DNA of 64,000 bases, from NCBI GenBank assembly GCA_051362555.1, contig CM120641.1, positions 8,742,001 to 8,806,000 on the forward strand, in the 5' to 3' direction. Under the pieces are notes generated by a model, which was not told the origin of the DNA, made no database searches, and saw only the letters and a program-made list of their open reading frames with translations. Positions 26,201-38,043 of this stretch are shown piece after piece. Position 1 is the first letter of the stretch, and each line of letters starts with the position of its first letter. The position numbers were made by a program, and so were the translations under genes. The DNA is from Lingula anatina. Its lineage: Eukaryota; Animalia; Brachiopoda.

Positions 26201-29189
26201 AATAAGTGTATGTTTTAGACATGAGCTGGAATGATGTCCAAACTAATGATGTATATTATTTGTCTGTTTCTGATTTTGATTGTACATGTACACAATCACC
26301 TTTTTAGTGGCATATTTGCATGCTGTAAAGTTTCCTTTTTCATTTTATTTATATTTTTAATAGTAATCAGGTTTGTTTGGAAATTTCTACATTTCCAAAA
26401 TGATCAATTATAATCGATTTTCAGGGGAAAGAAACTGGAACCCTTCAAGAGGAAGATCTAGATGTCCTTGGGAATTTAATTGCTGAACTCAGTGCCAGCG
26501 AACTTCAGAGCAGAGTGAATAAAACAGCATTAGCCAGTAGAATTGAGATACTACATGGAAGCTGTAGAAAAAAAGATTTTAATACACAACTTGGTTCAAT
26601 ATTAACAGACAATTCAATGTTTGGGTAAATATTTGAATCCAAGAGAAAGAGTGTTGCTTATGAGACTATTCTGCACTTTTCCTTCAGTAAAATTATAAAA
26701 ATGCCATTTTCATTCCTGCTGATAGATTTTGAAATGTTTTAATTTTTTTTTTTTTTTCAAAATAATAATTAATGCATTGTTTGCTTTGAATTGCAGTCCT
26801 CCTTCAGGGTGGGACAGCAATACAATGCTGAGACTGGGAGATTTGTCAACCACCCTATCAGAGACAGACTTTGGGAGCATCTCTGATGTAAGTATATGGT
26901 CATTCGGGTAACATGCATAAAAGGTACGTAACAAAACACATGGTATATAAGATATTAGGATAAATTTTGCACCATTTTGTGACTCCTGCCATTTTGGATG
27001 AGTACTAATATGTACATTTATTTTTTCATTTCAGGATGTAATAGTTGATTCACGAGACTCCATTATAAACTCCATCTCCCCCACAGATAGCTATTTACAA
27101 GAAACCAACAGGATTTGTCACTTTAGTTTGGATGACATTGACAAAACTGACAGGGAAATTCGAAAAAGAATGGTAGACAGTGCTGTTTTCAATGCAGTGA
27201 AAAGCACTGTTCAGGTGTCAAAGAGGGGAAGAGATGACATAGGTACATGGTACAGTAATATGACAATATGTCATATTTTGGTTTCATTTTGGATATATTT
27301 TAATATTTAATACAGGGGGTACTTTAATGTTTAGTGTGACTGATTTTTATAATGTATAATTTCTTATTTTTGTTCACAAATACTTTGTAAACTTAATTAA
27401 TTTTAATTAATAATTATTATATTTATTCATTTATTTTAAATTTGTAGATAAGCGATCATCAGTGCCATGGAGTTGTGCAGATATTATGACTATGGGAAGT
27501 ACCATTGTCCAAGCTACTGCACAGGAGTTGGAAGCTAACATAGACGACAGTGCTTTTGGTGATTGTATATTGAACTTAGGACAAGTTCAGGGATGGAGTA
27601 CAGAGCAAACTGAAGTTCTGTTACAAAAAGCTATACAGGTCTGTATGATATATGGCTCTAATTAACTGAAACTTTTTGAATTTTCCCCAAAGTTGGGCGT
27701 TGTTCGTGGCTTTAGCTAAATATAATGATTCTTTTGGCTGAGGGAAATGGGTAGAATATATATTTATTTGTCATTTTTGTATTTATTTAATTTAAATTTA
27801 TTGCTATTAATTTTGATTTGATGGTTTTAATATTATCTTACTGACTGAACAAATATATGAAATTAGAAAAGGCTATATATGTAATTACTTGAAATGTTTG
27901 CTCCAGTTAATTAACTTTGGACTAGTTAACTGCTTTGTATTCACTATGTTTTAATATATTTAACAATTTTTAAAATATTATTGAACTTCCAGCACCAATT
28001 TCTTAAAATTCAATTTATTAAAACAGTGTATGTATTTCTAATTAACCTATTTCAGTTATGGGGTCAACCGTGTACTATGAGTTCAGCTGATGTAGGACTT
28101 CTTGGCAGTATAGCAGTTGGTCTCAGTGGGTCCCATATTCAATGTTTAAACCTTACTCTTGATGACACAGTGGCCACTTTGGGAGGGCAGGCTACTTGGT
28201 CAGATGAGCAAGTGAGTAATTATTTTGGGCATGATGGTACAATTAAATGTCAAATTACAAAATCTTGGAGAAAAATATTAGCTATGTTTTTAGTTACACT
28301 ACTCTACAATTACATATATGTAAAGTTGATGTCTAAAAAACGGCATTTTAAGGCAAAAATACATGTATTTAGATTTTGTTTATTTATTAATTTAAACAGT
28401 ATGGGCTCTGGGCAGGAAACTGAACTTGGACTAAAATATCTTTACAGTTGACAAAGCTAGCAGAAAGATACAAGGCAACTCATGGTGCTGGAAGTTTGAC
28501 AGAATCTTCTGTGGCAGTCTTGGGCCATATATTGTGTGGTTTTACTGATGATGAGTTAAACCAAATAAGTGGAAGTGTTTTCACGTAAGTGCTTAATTTT
28601 TTCCATCGTTGTGTTTCCATTGAGCTTGAGGTGCAACTTACATATTTATTATGTTTACATAAGTTTCACTTCATGATACTCTTTGAAATTACAAGCAATG
28701 ATGACCTGTTAAACTGTTCACACTGATAAGGATAAAAAAGCATTCAGAAATATTTATCTTCAGTTGATTTTCCTCTTGATTGATCCTTACACAACCAGAG
28801 GATTGTTTAAACTTGACTAGGAACATTTAATATATTCTGCAATATATTTTCAGATCTGTTAGTGCTCTAGTAGGGAATCTTAAGATGTGCCCAGTTTCCA
28901 AGCTCCGCACATTAAAATCTGTCGCAACAGGAGCAGCAGCTTATGGTTCCATACATGTTTGGGATGCCTCAGTATTCAGTGATATTGGCATCGTCTTGGC
29001 TGGGTTAGTACATGAGGACTTTCAGGCAATAACTGATATAAGTGCAGTTGAGGGAATGCAACCACATGGCATTGCATTTGTTCCTTCTGAGGAACTAAAG
29101 GTAAGAATGTAATGTTCGTAATAGATTGATAATGGTCAGGGATGCTAGTGGGGTCCGGAAAGAAAACCTGAACTTTTTTTTGGCAAAGA

Positions 29190-29226
<37 letters not shown>

Positions 29227-30777
29227 ACAAATTGATTATGAAACAATTACTATATTTCAAATTTTATTTAATAAATATATTTCAATATATGTCATCACAA
29301 CTTCATGGTAATTTTCAACAGTTGTTTCCAAGGATAATCTTGACATTGACAAGATGGAAGTGCCATCAGTACATAAACACCTACCACCCATAGTAGACAG
29401 TAATGATCCCTCACGTAAGCTTGATAATCACCAGCATGATAATGATAGTCACTAAATGTTAATCCCTTTCATTTATCATTTTCAAAGATTGGTAATGGCT
29501 TTCGTGGTAATGCCCAAGCAACAAAAATGTGTAAAGACAACTACGTGCTTTGGCATGCTTAGTTGTTTTAGCATGGTTTTTCAGAGCTTTTTTACCACTG
29601 CTTCCGTACCGGATCACGTCGTTGCACCATACACACCAAGCTTCTCCGGGGGACTTTCGCTTCCGAACATAGGTAGAAAAAAAATCGTCATTATTGTCCT
29701 TTTCCTCCAGCCAACTCCAACTAAATCTATTTTTGACAGTAATGTCGATGTTTCTAATATCGTCTGTTCCCCTCTCCGCGAAATCCATTTAGTTTGGTTT
29801 AGTTCAAAATTCCGCGCACGCGGTGTCAAAACTTTCCACATGGGTGCCGACATTAAAGCCTACATTTCCAACCAATCAAGCGCCATAAATTAATCACGTG
29901 CTACGGTTGTGACTAGATATTGTGTTGAAACGCAGCTCTGTCGCAATGGTTGAAATGCGACGTTCCTCTGACGCATCGTTCGTCCAGTCCGCGACCACGT
30001 TAAAAACGAGAATTCCGGAACAAAATATAGTACCAGAAAATTTTATAACTGGACGCAAAAAACCGGAATTCCGGTAAAAACCGGAAGACTAGCATCCCTG
30101 TAATGGTGCGTTTAAAAATGTACTATAATATGATATGTACCATGGTACTCTCATAGAAAAAGAAATTATTTAAGCATGTATTAACGTTATCATTTAGCAT
30201 AAAAAATATACCAGGCTGTGGGTTACATTTACATACAATATAAGGTACTCTCTTCATTTCAGGGTCTTTCTCCAACTTTTATAGCAGCACTAAGTCCACT
30301 TCAGGCTTCTGCTGTGACAGAATTGCAACAAGCACAGTTTACAACAGAGCAGCTGAAGGCCTTAGAAAATGCTTTGGCTAGCACACCCTATGTGGCACCA
30401 GTGGTACATGTAGTTGATAGTACAGCAGGTGGTGAATTCAAACTTGTCTATTGCATTCAAGACTGCACTATATTTTGTGAAGTAAATTTGATCTTTTATT
30501 GTGAAAATCAGTGGTATGATATTAAGGAGCTCTAAGCTAGTATCAATATGGTCAGTGGTGTTGTACATTTAATTTCGGACAAAAATTAATCTGAATTATG
30601 GAGTTCCAACAGTCTGTTAGAACTCCTTGTCTGAATCTACATTTTACCATTAAGCTTAAGTTGAGTAATGTATTTTTTCTACATTTGGTTTCTCTTTTAG
30701 GATTTTTATACAGCAGCAAGAACTGGTGGATAACCGTATGTTTTATTATGTCACTGCACCTGTTGAACTACAACTGA
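14255..30777 (+). CDS. Otoancorin/stereocilin/mesothelin-family GPI-anchored surface protein (about 30 exons)
   Basis: Signal peptide MMENSWCLKIFFFLHLMFSVEG|Q (exons 14255-14318, 14573-14598, 14868-14906). Small exons between 14.9 and 16.4 kb are only partly resolved. In-phase exons then include 16817-16955, 17452-17592, 21045-21208, 21469-21664, 22076-22263, 22551-22653, 22950-23132, 23318-23555 and onward to 27448-27638, 28055-28211, 28448-28585, 28854-29100, 30263-~30431, 30701-30777. C-terminal motifs are typical of the family: FGDCILNLGQVQGWSTEQ, LWGQP..MSSADVGLLGSIAVGL, TVATLGGQATWSDEQ, LGHILCGFTDDEL, AYGSIHVWD..FSDIGIVLAGL, LSPLQASAVT. The hydrophobic tail WWITVCFIMSLHLL is compatible with a GPI signal. 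AATAAA at 30943. Confidence 0.8.
15410..15622. mobile_element. Hairpin-type MITE
   Basis: Inverted ends TTTCCCAGAGATTTAGATCGATCTA / TAGATCGATCTAAAAATCTATGGAAA, with imperfect pairing continuing inward (TCCCTGGGGG..GTCAGC / GCTGAC..CCCCACAGGGA). Confidence 0.55.
15919..16249. mobile_element. MITE with ~95-bp imperfect TIRs
   Basis: CTCAGGCCTACC...CACTGAATGATCCTGAATTCACCAGTAGA..GACCACACTAC is mirrored by GTAGTGTGGTC..TCTACTGGTGAATTCGGGATCATTCAGTG...GGTAGGCCTGAG. Confidence 0.7.
16982..17312. mobile_element. Kolobok-type MITE, copy 1 (most diverged)
   Basis: Homologous to the copies at 43203 and 49101. Ends AGGGATAAC...GTCATCCCT, flanked by TTAA. Confidence 0.7.
17679..20399. mobile_element. 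Non-autonomous EnSpm/CMC-like DNA transposon (about 2.7 kb) in an intron of the otoancorin-like gene
   Basis: TIR (CC/CT)CAGATAGCAAGCATACGTTGGGCCAACG...CGTTGGCCCAACGTATGCTTGCTATCTGGG. Many subterminal CGTTGG/CCAACG repeats and a ~129-bp tandem duplication at about 17834-18097. The superfamily is inferred from CCCAG-type ends plus subterminal repeats. Confidence 0.7.
20095..20172. repeat. Near-perfect palindrome (38-bp arms, 2-nt centre)
   Basis: ATTATAACAGAAACATTATTCATTTCTATTGAGTTGTT-TT-AACAACTCAATAGAAATGAATAATGTTTCTGTTATAAT. Confidence 0.9.
20404..20513. repeat. Perfect 110-bp spacerless palindrome
   Basis: GCTACCTCCTTCCTTGAATGGAAAAATGATCATTTAGTGCATTACATTATAATTA is followed directly by its exact reverse complement. 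Confidence 0.92.
29137..30100 (-). mobile_element. hAT-like DNA transposon, internal deletion derivative retaining the transposase N-terminus
   Basis: 13-bp TIR CAGGGATGCTAGT...ACTAGCATCCCTG and 7-bp TSD TAATGGT (29130-29136, 30101-30107). Minus-strand ORF 29459-29788 encodes VKNRFSWSWLEE...PGEAWCVWC...LKNHAKTTKH, a BED-like C2H2 finger. Confidence 0.8.
29459..29788 (-). pseudogene. Truncated transposase fragment (BED-like zinc finger)
   Basis: W-rich motif plus CxxC-x(16)-H-x5-H. The ORF loses transposase-like character after about 80 aa and has no catalytic domain. Confidence 0.65.
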
Positions 30778-32737
30778 GATGAAAAAAAAATGCCCAAGCA
30801 TGGACAAAGGAATTCAAATATTCATTTTTAATCCACATTCAAACAAAACAAACATTTGTTAATATTAATAGCAGACAATTTCAAGCTAATAAGTAGCATT
30901 TAATATGCCTGTTAATGTTGTTAAATTTCTTTATTGTTGCACAATAAAGGTTTTTTGTATTATATTGCTTGCTGTAATTGATTGTATTGTTATGGTTGGT
31001 TGAAATATCAGCTGTGTTCTATATTTACAGACAACTAAAGATGAAAGGATTGGTTCACAGAAAGTCTTATTGAATGTACTAGAGCAGCCAATCTAATATT
31101 TTACAAAAATGTATATATAAATAAATAAAATAAATGAATATACTAGTAACTAATATCATCATTTCTGAATAAATATTTATTTTGTCAGCCATGATACGAT
31201 TAAATACAAAGAAGATAAAACTATTAAATATTAAGTAAAAACCTAAGCAACATGCATGGATATTGTAACCCTCTCCTGGCAGTGTCATTATATCATTATA
31301 ATTACTGTTAGCAAACTGATGTCAGGCATACTACCTGTTGATTTTCCAGATCTTGCACTGGTAATATGCTTTATTACATTAAAATATTATAATAATTTAT
31401 TAATACAAATGCGCATATAAAATGGCATAAAACTATGTCCATCACCCATTTGTATATCTAACATAAAACAATTATTGTAAAAACTATATAGAGGTTTACA
31501 ATGGATTTCACCTGATACCAGAAACTATCATTTAAATGGCACTGTCCTAGAAAACCATTTTTGTTGGATCTTAGTTACAGTAATAGCTGCGTTACATATC
31601 ATCATCAAAGGTTCTCTCATCAGAGACAATGGCACTGACATCTCTCAAATAAAATCATATTGACTGATTTGGCTACATTCTAAAAAAGTTCTAATGAAGC
31701 AAGGAAACACTTTATCAAAACTAAAATTAATTTCTTTCCAACACAAGACTGCCTTCTTTTAAGCATTAAAATAACTGTCAAGTGAGCAATCTAGTTTAAC
31801 AGTAAAGTAATGATTAAAAATCCATAAATATTTTATGTTAGAGAACAAAAAAAATAGGCAGCTAAAGCAGCTTCATGTACAGACCTGTACCTTCATCAAA
31901 ACTTTAGATAGCCAATAAAGTTTTCTGTTTTGTGCTATATCAATATGCATGTTGTGAAGTTGTGACACAATGGTGTATAAACACCAGCAATTATTATGAG
32001 TACTAAGACTGAACAAAAGCAAAAAACAGAACTTGAAAAAAAAAAAGTCTGATAAGACCCATTGTCAAACTTGACCTGTATTTTTGTCATGCAGATGGCC
32101 CCACAAAGTTTGAAGCAAAACACTGAATCTATATCCAAGTTTACCTGATAAAAGAAACCTGTATGAATCTACCCTTAACAACACAGACACTGGTGATGGC
32201 TGTATGTACAGACACAAGTAGGTCTGTACATAAAATACTAAAATAAAAAATGAAGGAATGCAAATATGAAGTGTTGATCTTAAAATAAGTTTAAACACCT
32301 CGTGGACTCATTTCACAAAAGAATATGATCCGAGAGCTGGTCTACACTTAAAGACATAAAATTTGAGTCTACTGCAGGATGTGTAGTTGTTCTCTAAAAT
32401 ATAACTACTGGCACTGTATAACATTCTGCACCTCATGCATTTTGTGAAACAAGTCCAACATTCTCAATGATGTGGGCAACAAATAAGTATCCAGGTCTAA
32501 AGCAAACTAAAATTTTTGGTCTTAAAGCACAGACCAACTTTTGTGAAATGTGTCTGCAGAAGTTAAAAGCGCCTTTAGTTTTGATAAAAACCTTTTGTTC
32601 ACCATAAAATTATCACTCTTCATGCAATCTTCATTAACCAGTTACTTCTGAAATGAAAAATAATTCACTAGTGGTGTGACTGAAAAAAACTTTAACAATC
32701 TTTTATGCGGTTGTGAAATACAGTGTAACCTAATTCA

Positions 32738-35700
32738 AACTAGAGGATCAGAGAGGCGATACCGCCTCCGAATATTGTACCACCAGCTGGAGCAAGCGCA
32801 TTCGTATAGACCCCCACATACACAAAATAAGGGACACAGCCACCAGTTTTGTGCTTGACAAGCTGTAAAAATGCAATCAACAAGAATTTTTAAACTTTTG
32901 CAAAAAATATATATGGTACAATCAAATTTAAGTTCTTCGTAAGATAGGTCAAGGGTCAATTTCAAGGTCACAGTAAATTGCCAGTATATGACTTCCTATT
33001 CAAGTTCAAGAGTAACTATGGACCTATCTCTGCCAGTTTTGGAGACAAAAGGAAAGCAAAATTTGCAAAGTTCAGTTCATGGTGAAAAGTAGGTCAAAGG
33101 TCAATTTTAAGGTCACATTTAGATTGCCAGTATATGACTTCCTATTCAAGTTCAATAGTAACTATGGACCTATCTCTGCCAGTTTTGGAGATAAAAGGGA
33201 AGCAAAATTTGCAAAGTTCAGTTCATGGTGAAAAGTAGGTCAAAGGTCAATTTCAAGGTCACATTTAGATTGCCAGTATATGACTTTCTATTCAAGTTCA
33301 ATAGTAACTACGGACCTATCTCAGCCAGTTTTGGAGATAAAAGAAAAGCAAAATTTGCAAAATTCAGTTCATGGTGTAAAGTAGGTCAAAGGTCAATTTT
33401 AAGGTCACATTTAGATTGCCAGTATATGACTTCCTATTCAAGTTCAATAGTAACTATGGACCTATCTCTGCCAGTTTTGGAGATAAAAGGGAAGCAAAAT
33501 TTGCAAAGTTCAGTTCATGGTGAAAAGTAGGTCAAAGGTCAACTTTAAGGTCACATATAGATTGCCAGTATATGACTTCCTATTCAAGTTCAATAGTAAC
33601 TATGGACCTATCTCTGCCAGTTTTGGAGATAAAAGGGAAGCAAAATTTGCAAAGTTCAGTTCATGGTGAAAAGTAGGTCAAAGGTCAATTTTAAGGTCAC
33701 ATATAGATTGCCAGTATATGACTTCCTATTCAAGTTCAATAGTAACTACGGACCTATCTCTGCCAGTTTTGGAGATAAAAGGAAAGCAAAATTTGCAAAG
33801 TTCAATTCATGGTGAAAAGTAGGTCAAAGGCCAATTTAAAGGTCACATATAGATTGCCAGTATATGACTTCCTATTCAAGTTCAATAGTAACTACGGACC
33901 TATCTCTGCCAGTTTTGGAGATAAAAGGAAAGCAAAATTTGCAAAGTTCAATTCATGGTGAAAAGTAGGTCAAAGGTCAATTTTAAGGTCACATATAGAT
34001 TGCCAGTATATGACTTCCTATTCAAGTTCAATAGTAACTATGGACCTATCTCTGCCAGTTTTGGAGATAAAAGGGAAGCAAAATTTGCAAAGTTCAGTTC
34101 ATGGTGAAAAGTAGGTCAAAGGTCAATTTTAAGGTCACATATAGATTGCCAGTATATGACTTCCTATTCAAGTTCAATAGTAACTACGGACCTATCTCTG
34201 CCAGTTTTGGAGATAAAAGGAAAGCAAAATTTGCAAAGTTCAGTTCATGGTGAAAAGTAGGTCAAAGGTAAATTTCAAGGTCACATTTAGATTGCCAGTA
34301 TATGACTTTCTATTCAAGTTCAATAGTAACTACGGACCTATCTCTGCCAGTTTTGGAGATAAAAGGAAAGCAAAATTTGCAAAGTTCAGTTCATGGTGAA
34401 AAGTAGGTCAAAGGTCAATTTTAAGATCACATTTAGATTGCCAGTATATGACTTCCTATTCAAGTTCAATAGTAACTATGGACCTATCTCTGCCAGTTTT
34501 GGAGATAAAAGGGAAGCAAAATTTGCAAAGTTCAGTTCATGGTGAAAAGTAGGTCAAAGGTCAACTTTAAGGTCACATATAGATTGCCAGTATATGACTT
34601 CCTATTCAAGTTCAATAGTAACTATGGACCTATCTCTGCCAGTTTTGGAGATAAAAGGGAAGCAAAATTTGCAAAGTTCAGTTCATGGTGAAAAGTAGGT
34701 CAAAGGTCAATTTTAAGGTCACATATAGATTGCCAGTATATGACTTCCTATTCAAGTTCAATAGTAACTACGGACCTATCTCTGCCAGTTTTGGAGATAA
34801 AAGGAAAGCAAAATTTGCAAAGTTCAATTCATGGTGAAAAGTAGGTCAAAGGTCAATTTTAAGGTCACATATAGATTGCCAGTATATGACTTCCTATTCA
34901 AGTTCAATAGTAACTACGGACCTATCTCTGCCAGTTTTGGAGATAAAAGGAAAGCAAAATTTGCAAAGTTCAATTCATGGTGAAAAGTAGGTCAAAGGTC
35001 AATTTCAAGGTCACATTTAGATTGCCAGTATATGACTTTCTATTCATGTTCAATAGTAACTACGGACCTATCTCAGCCAGTTTTGGAGATAAAAGGGAAG
35101 CAAAATTTGCAAAGTTCAGTTCATGGTGAAAAGTAGGTCAAAGGTCAATTTCAAGGTCACAGAAAGATAGCCAGTATATGACTTCCTATTCAACTTCAAT
35201 AGTAACTATGGACCTATCTCTGCCAGTTTTGGAGATATAAGGGACTAAATGTTATAATTTTGGAGTTACCATAATGTGCCTTAAATTTCGTACAGAAAAA
35301 ATTAATTAAAATAAAGAAAATGTTATTTTGGTCAAAATTCTTGAAATAGGAGGTGCTCTGAAGTTTCAGAAGTTCAAATTTGATGAAATAATGTCATTTT
35401 TGAACACAAGTTGTCTGCTTTGCCAAGCCTTATATTTTATTTTTCCAGAGTTCAAAATTTATTATCCATTACCGTACTGCACATTTTGCTTTTACCACCA
35501 ATATGTACTTTTTGATACAGCATAACTCGAAAACCGTATGGAATACAAAAAAACCGAGACCACCTCCAGTGTTGGGCTTTACATGCTCTACAAAATGCAA
35601 AAAAGAATGGGTCTCTAGCATTAACGGTTCCCGAATTAGAGACAGTTTTCAGTTTCGGTATCTTATGGCCGCTACTCCTGTGAAAATGCACCGATTGACT

Positions 35701-36216
35701 CCAAATTCATGGAGATGAAAGATGACCTGAAGGGTAACACTTTCCAATAATATTATTGGTTAAGTCTGTGTAGTGTCTGAATAACAGGGCAAAAAAAATT
35801 TTTTTCGTAAAAAATTTCATTTTTTTGAAAATTTTGGCCCATTTGACCTTGAAGTAAAGGTCAAAGGTCAAATCCAAGGGTATATTTGAAATCTACACAT
35901 ATGACTTTTGGAAAGCCGTCTATAGAAATTTTTCCCATAACTCCTTCCGTAGGGTAGATAATTAGCATTTAATTTTGCCATTTTTAGACAAGGGTGCATT
36001 GTAATGAGTGCCACACCCAGACCCCAATACCGACAAAGCCCAAATTTTACGTGGAACGAGTTGAGATTATAGGTGACCTAAATCCATGAGATGGGTACGG
36101 GGGCCCTTACCGTCTAGGAGGAGAAGCGGTAACGGTAGCCGTCCGGCGGAGCCGGCGGAACGATCCGGACGGGACCGAAACCATGTGTACCGCCAGCGCT
36201 AACGCTGGTGGTACAA
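32738..36216 (+). mobile_element. Helentron-associated non-autonomous element (HINE/DINE-1-like) with central 146-bp satellite, copy 1
   Basis: 5' AACTAGAGG, hairpin GAGGCG-ATAC-CGCCTC, subterminal TGTACCACCAGC, about 16 tandem 146-bp monomers, a unique spacer and a GCCGGCGGA-type microsatellite. The 3' stem-loop GTACCGCCAGCG-CTAA-CGCTGGTGGTAC contains the inverted subterminal repeat. Inserted in an AA/TT context with no TSD. Confidence 0.82.
32945..35245 (+). repeat. 146-bp tandem satellite (about 16 monomers)
   Basis: Period measured as AGGTCAAAGG at 33091 and 33237. Monomer core GGTGAAAAGTAGGTCAAAGGTCAATTTYAAGGTCACAT.TAGATTGCCAGTATATGACTTCCTATTCAAGTTCAATAGTAACTAYGGACCTATCTC. Confidence 0.95.
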
Positions 36217-36693
36217 TAACATGTGAAAAATCAAAATCAAAATGACTCTTGATGTTTGAATTTATAATGCCCAAAAAAATTAAATGAAAAATCGAAAGTT
36301 TACCTAAAAGTACTTAAAACAATTGTTGTGCACAATGTGTAACACTTATTTTTCTTTGGCATCATATTTTCCCATTTCAGCATCACAAAAAATAATGTTT
36401 TTTATTGCAACATGACCTTTAATTTGTACATTCAATAACTCTCCAATTAAGAAAACCAAATTCTTTTAAATATTATTTTTAAATTCCAATATCATTAATT
36501 GCTGTGGGTATAAAAATCAGGTTTTCTAGATAGTGAGTAAAAAGAGGAAAACAAGCTGGTTAATATGATTTGCCTCTGCAGATATCAGCATGTTTTCGAC
36601 AGCAGTTTTAATTAAGAAAATCAGGAAATCCAATGTAACAGCTCCAATTATCACTGGTGTAAAACAGAAAATATACTAACAAAGAAAACACTG

Positions 36694-36846
36694 CAATGGC
36701 GGATTGATACCCCATACCCTCTCCAAAACACAACATCTCCATCCAGCAGTATGAGAAAAATGTACTGTTTTATATTTGCTGAGTGAAGCATGGCAATTTT
36801 CTAAAATCTTGTGCCCCCACCCCCCTCCATCCTGGATTCGCCATTG
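36694..36846. mobile_element. MITE with CAATGGCGGAT termini and 5-bp TSD
   Basis: CAATGGCGGAT...ATTCGCCATTG, flanked by CACTG on both sides (36689-36693, 36847-36851). Confidence 0.65.
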
Positions 36847-38043
36847 CACTGTCACACTGAGGCATAGAGAAAATAACAAGTATCAAAATAGAGTATGTGA
36901 GTTTGTCACCTTAAAGGGGAAAACAACTTTCTGGGGACCTAAATTCAATAAAATCCGACCCCCCTCTTCTCTCTAGATCTGCCCATCACGTTTTACCCAC
37001 TGTAAGCGTAAGCCCAATTTTTGGAGGGGGGGGGGGGGTAATTATCCTGTGGTGACATCATTGCCTGAACTCTCTGCCATTGGCCTACACATTATAATGC
37101 GGTGTGTAATGCCTTTGCACGGGTACGACATGTTTACCTCACAAAGAAAGCACTAACGATACAAAAAATGGAACACATTATCCTGGACTTTCGTGCATTC
37201 TGATTATGTAAAACATATCTTCCTAGTAGCGCTTGGACTATTTTTAAAGGATTATTTAAAAGTGGCTATGCATATCATAGACAGCTGAAACCAGGAAAAC
37301 TAACTGTATTAAAAAATTGAAATAAAATACTGTAAGGCTTATTTCAGCATTTATTTGCAAACATACATTTTCTATAGTATTATCTAATTTGCTGACAGTC
37401 GGGCAGTTGGACGATAAAGGCACGGTGTATGCTTATAAACAATGGAATAATACGCTTTAATTCCCAAAATGTTTCGATTCTGTTGATGTAAGCCACCTAT
37501 GCACATGAGCAGTAACAGGTCCCCATAAAGTTGTATTCCCCTTTAAATACAGAAAAGGTTTGTGTACCTTGGTTGCCACATAAAGTTGGTAAATTGTAAA
37601 ATATTTGTGCGACAGATTAGTCCAAGAGAGGAAAAAGCATAAGTACAAATAAATGAAACTAGAAAATAGAATAAAAATTAAAAAATATCAAAATAAATTC
37701 ACATTAGTCTGAAGATTCAAAGCAGTAGTTATCAAAAGTTACATTACTTTATAGGAAAGGAAGTTAAAATAAGAAAAACCTAATCTATTAGGTGAAGGTT
37801 AAAGTAGGGCATAGTGAACAGAATGATTATAGATAATAAAAGAAAATATCAGAAAAGCAGCTTAAGATTTTGTACAAAAATCAAATTCTCACTTAATAAT
37901 AAATATAAAGAAATTCAAAAATTGCACTGAGGACAACATTCCATTTATGATTAAGTATCATAAAAAGTATGTGAGAATTTGATTTGTAAGGTTAAGTATA
38001 ATTGAATCATATGAGTGTTATTAATGTGAGTGAAGGTGTTCAT

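Noticed and set aside
29191-29225. 35-nt poly-G tract (and other long homopolymers) as functional G-quadruplexes
   Set aside because: Such tracts are common inside the MITEs here and their lengths are unreliable in assemblies; nothing supports a function.
32304-32556. Possible MITE with TTTCACAAAA/TTTTGTGAAA inverted ends
   Set aside because: Short, AT-rich and degenerate, with two alternative right ends and no TSD.
32945-35245. CRISPR-like array
   Set aside because: Monomers are contiguous with no unique spacers, there are no cas genes and the context is eukaryotic; it is a satellite.
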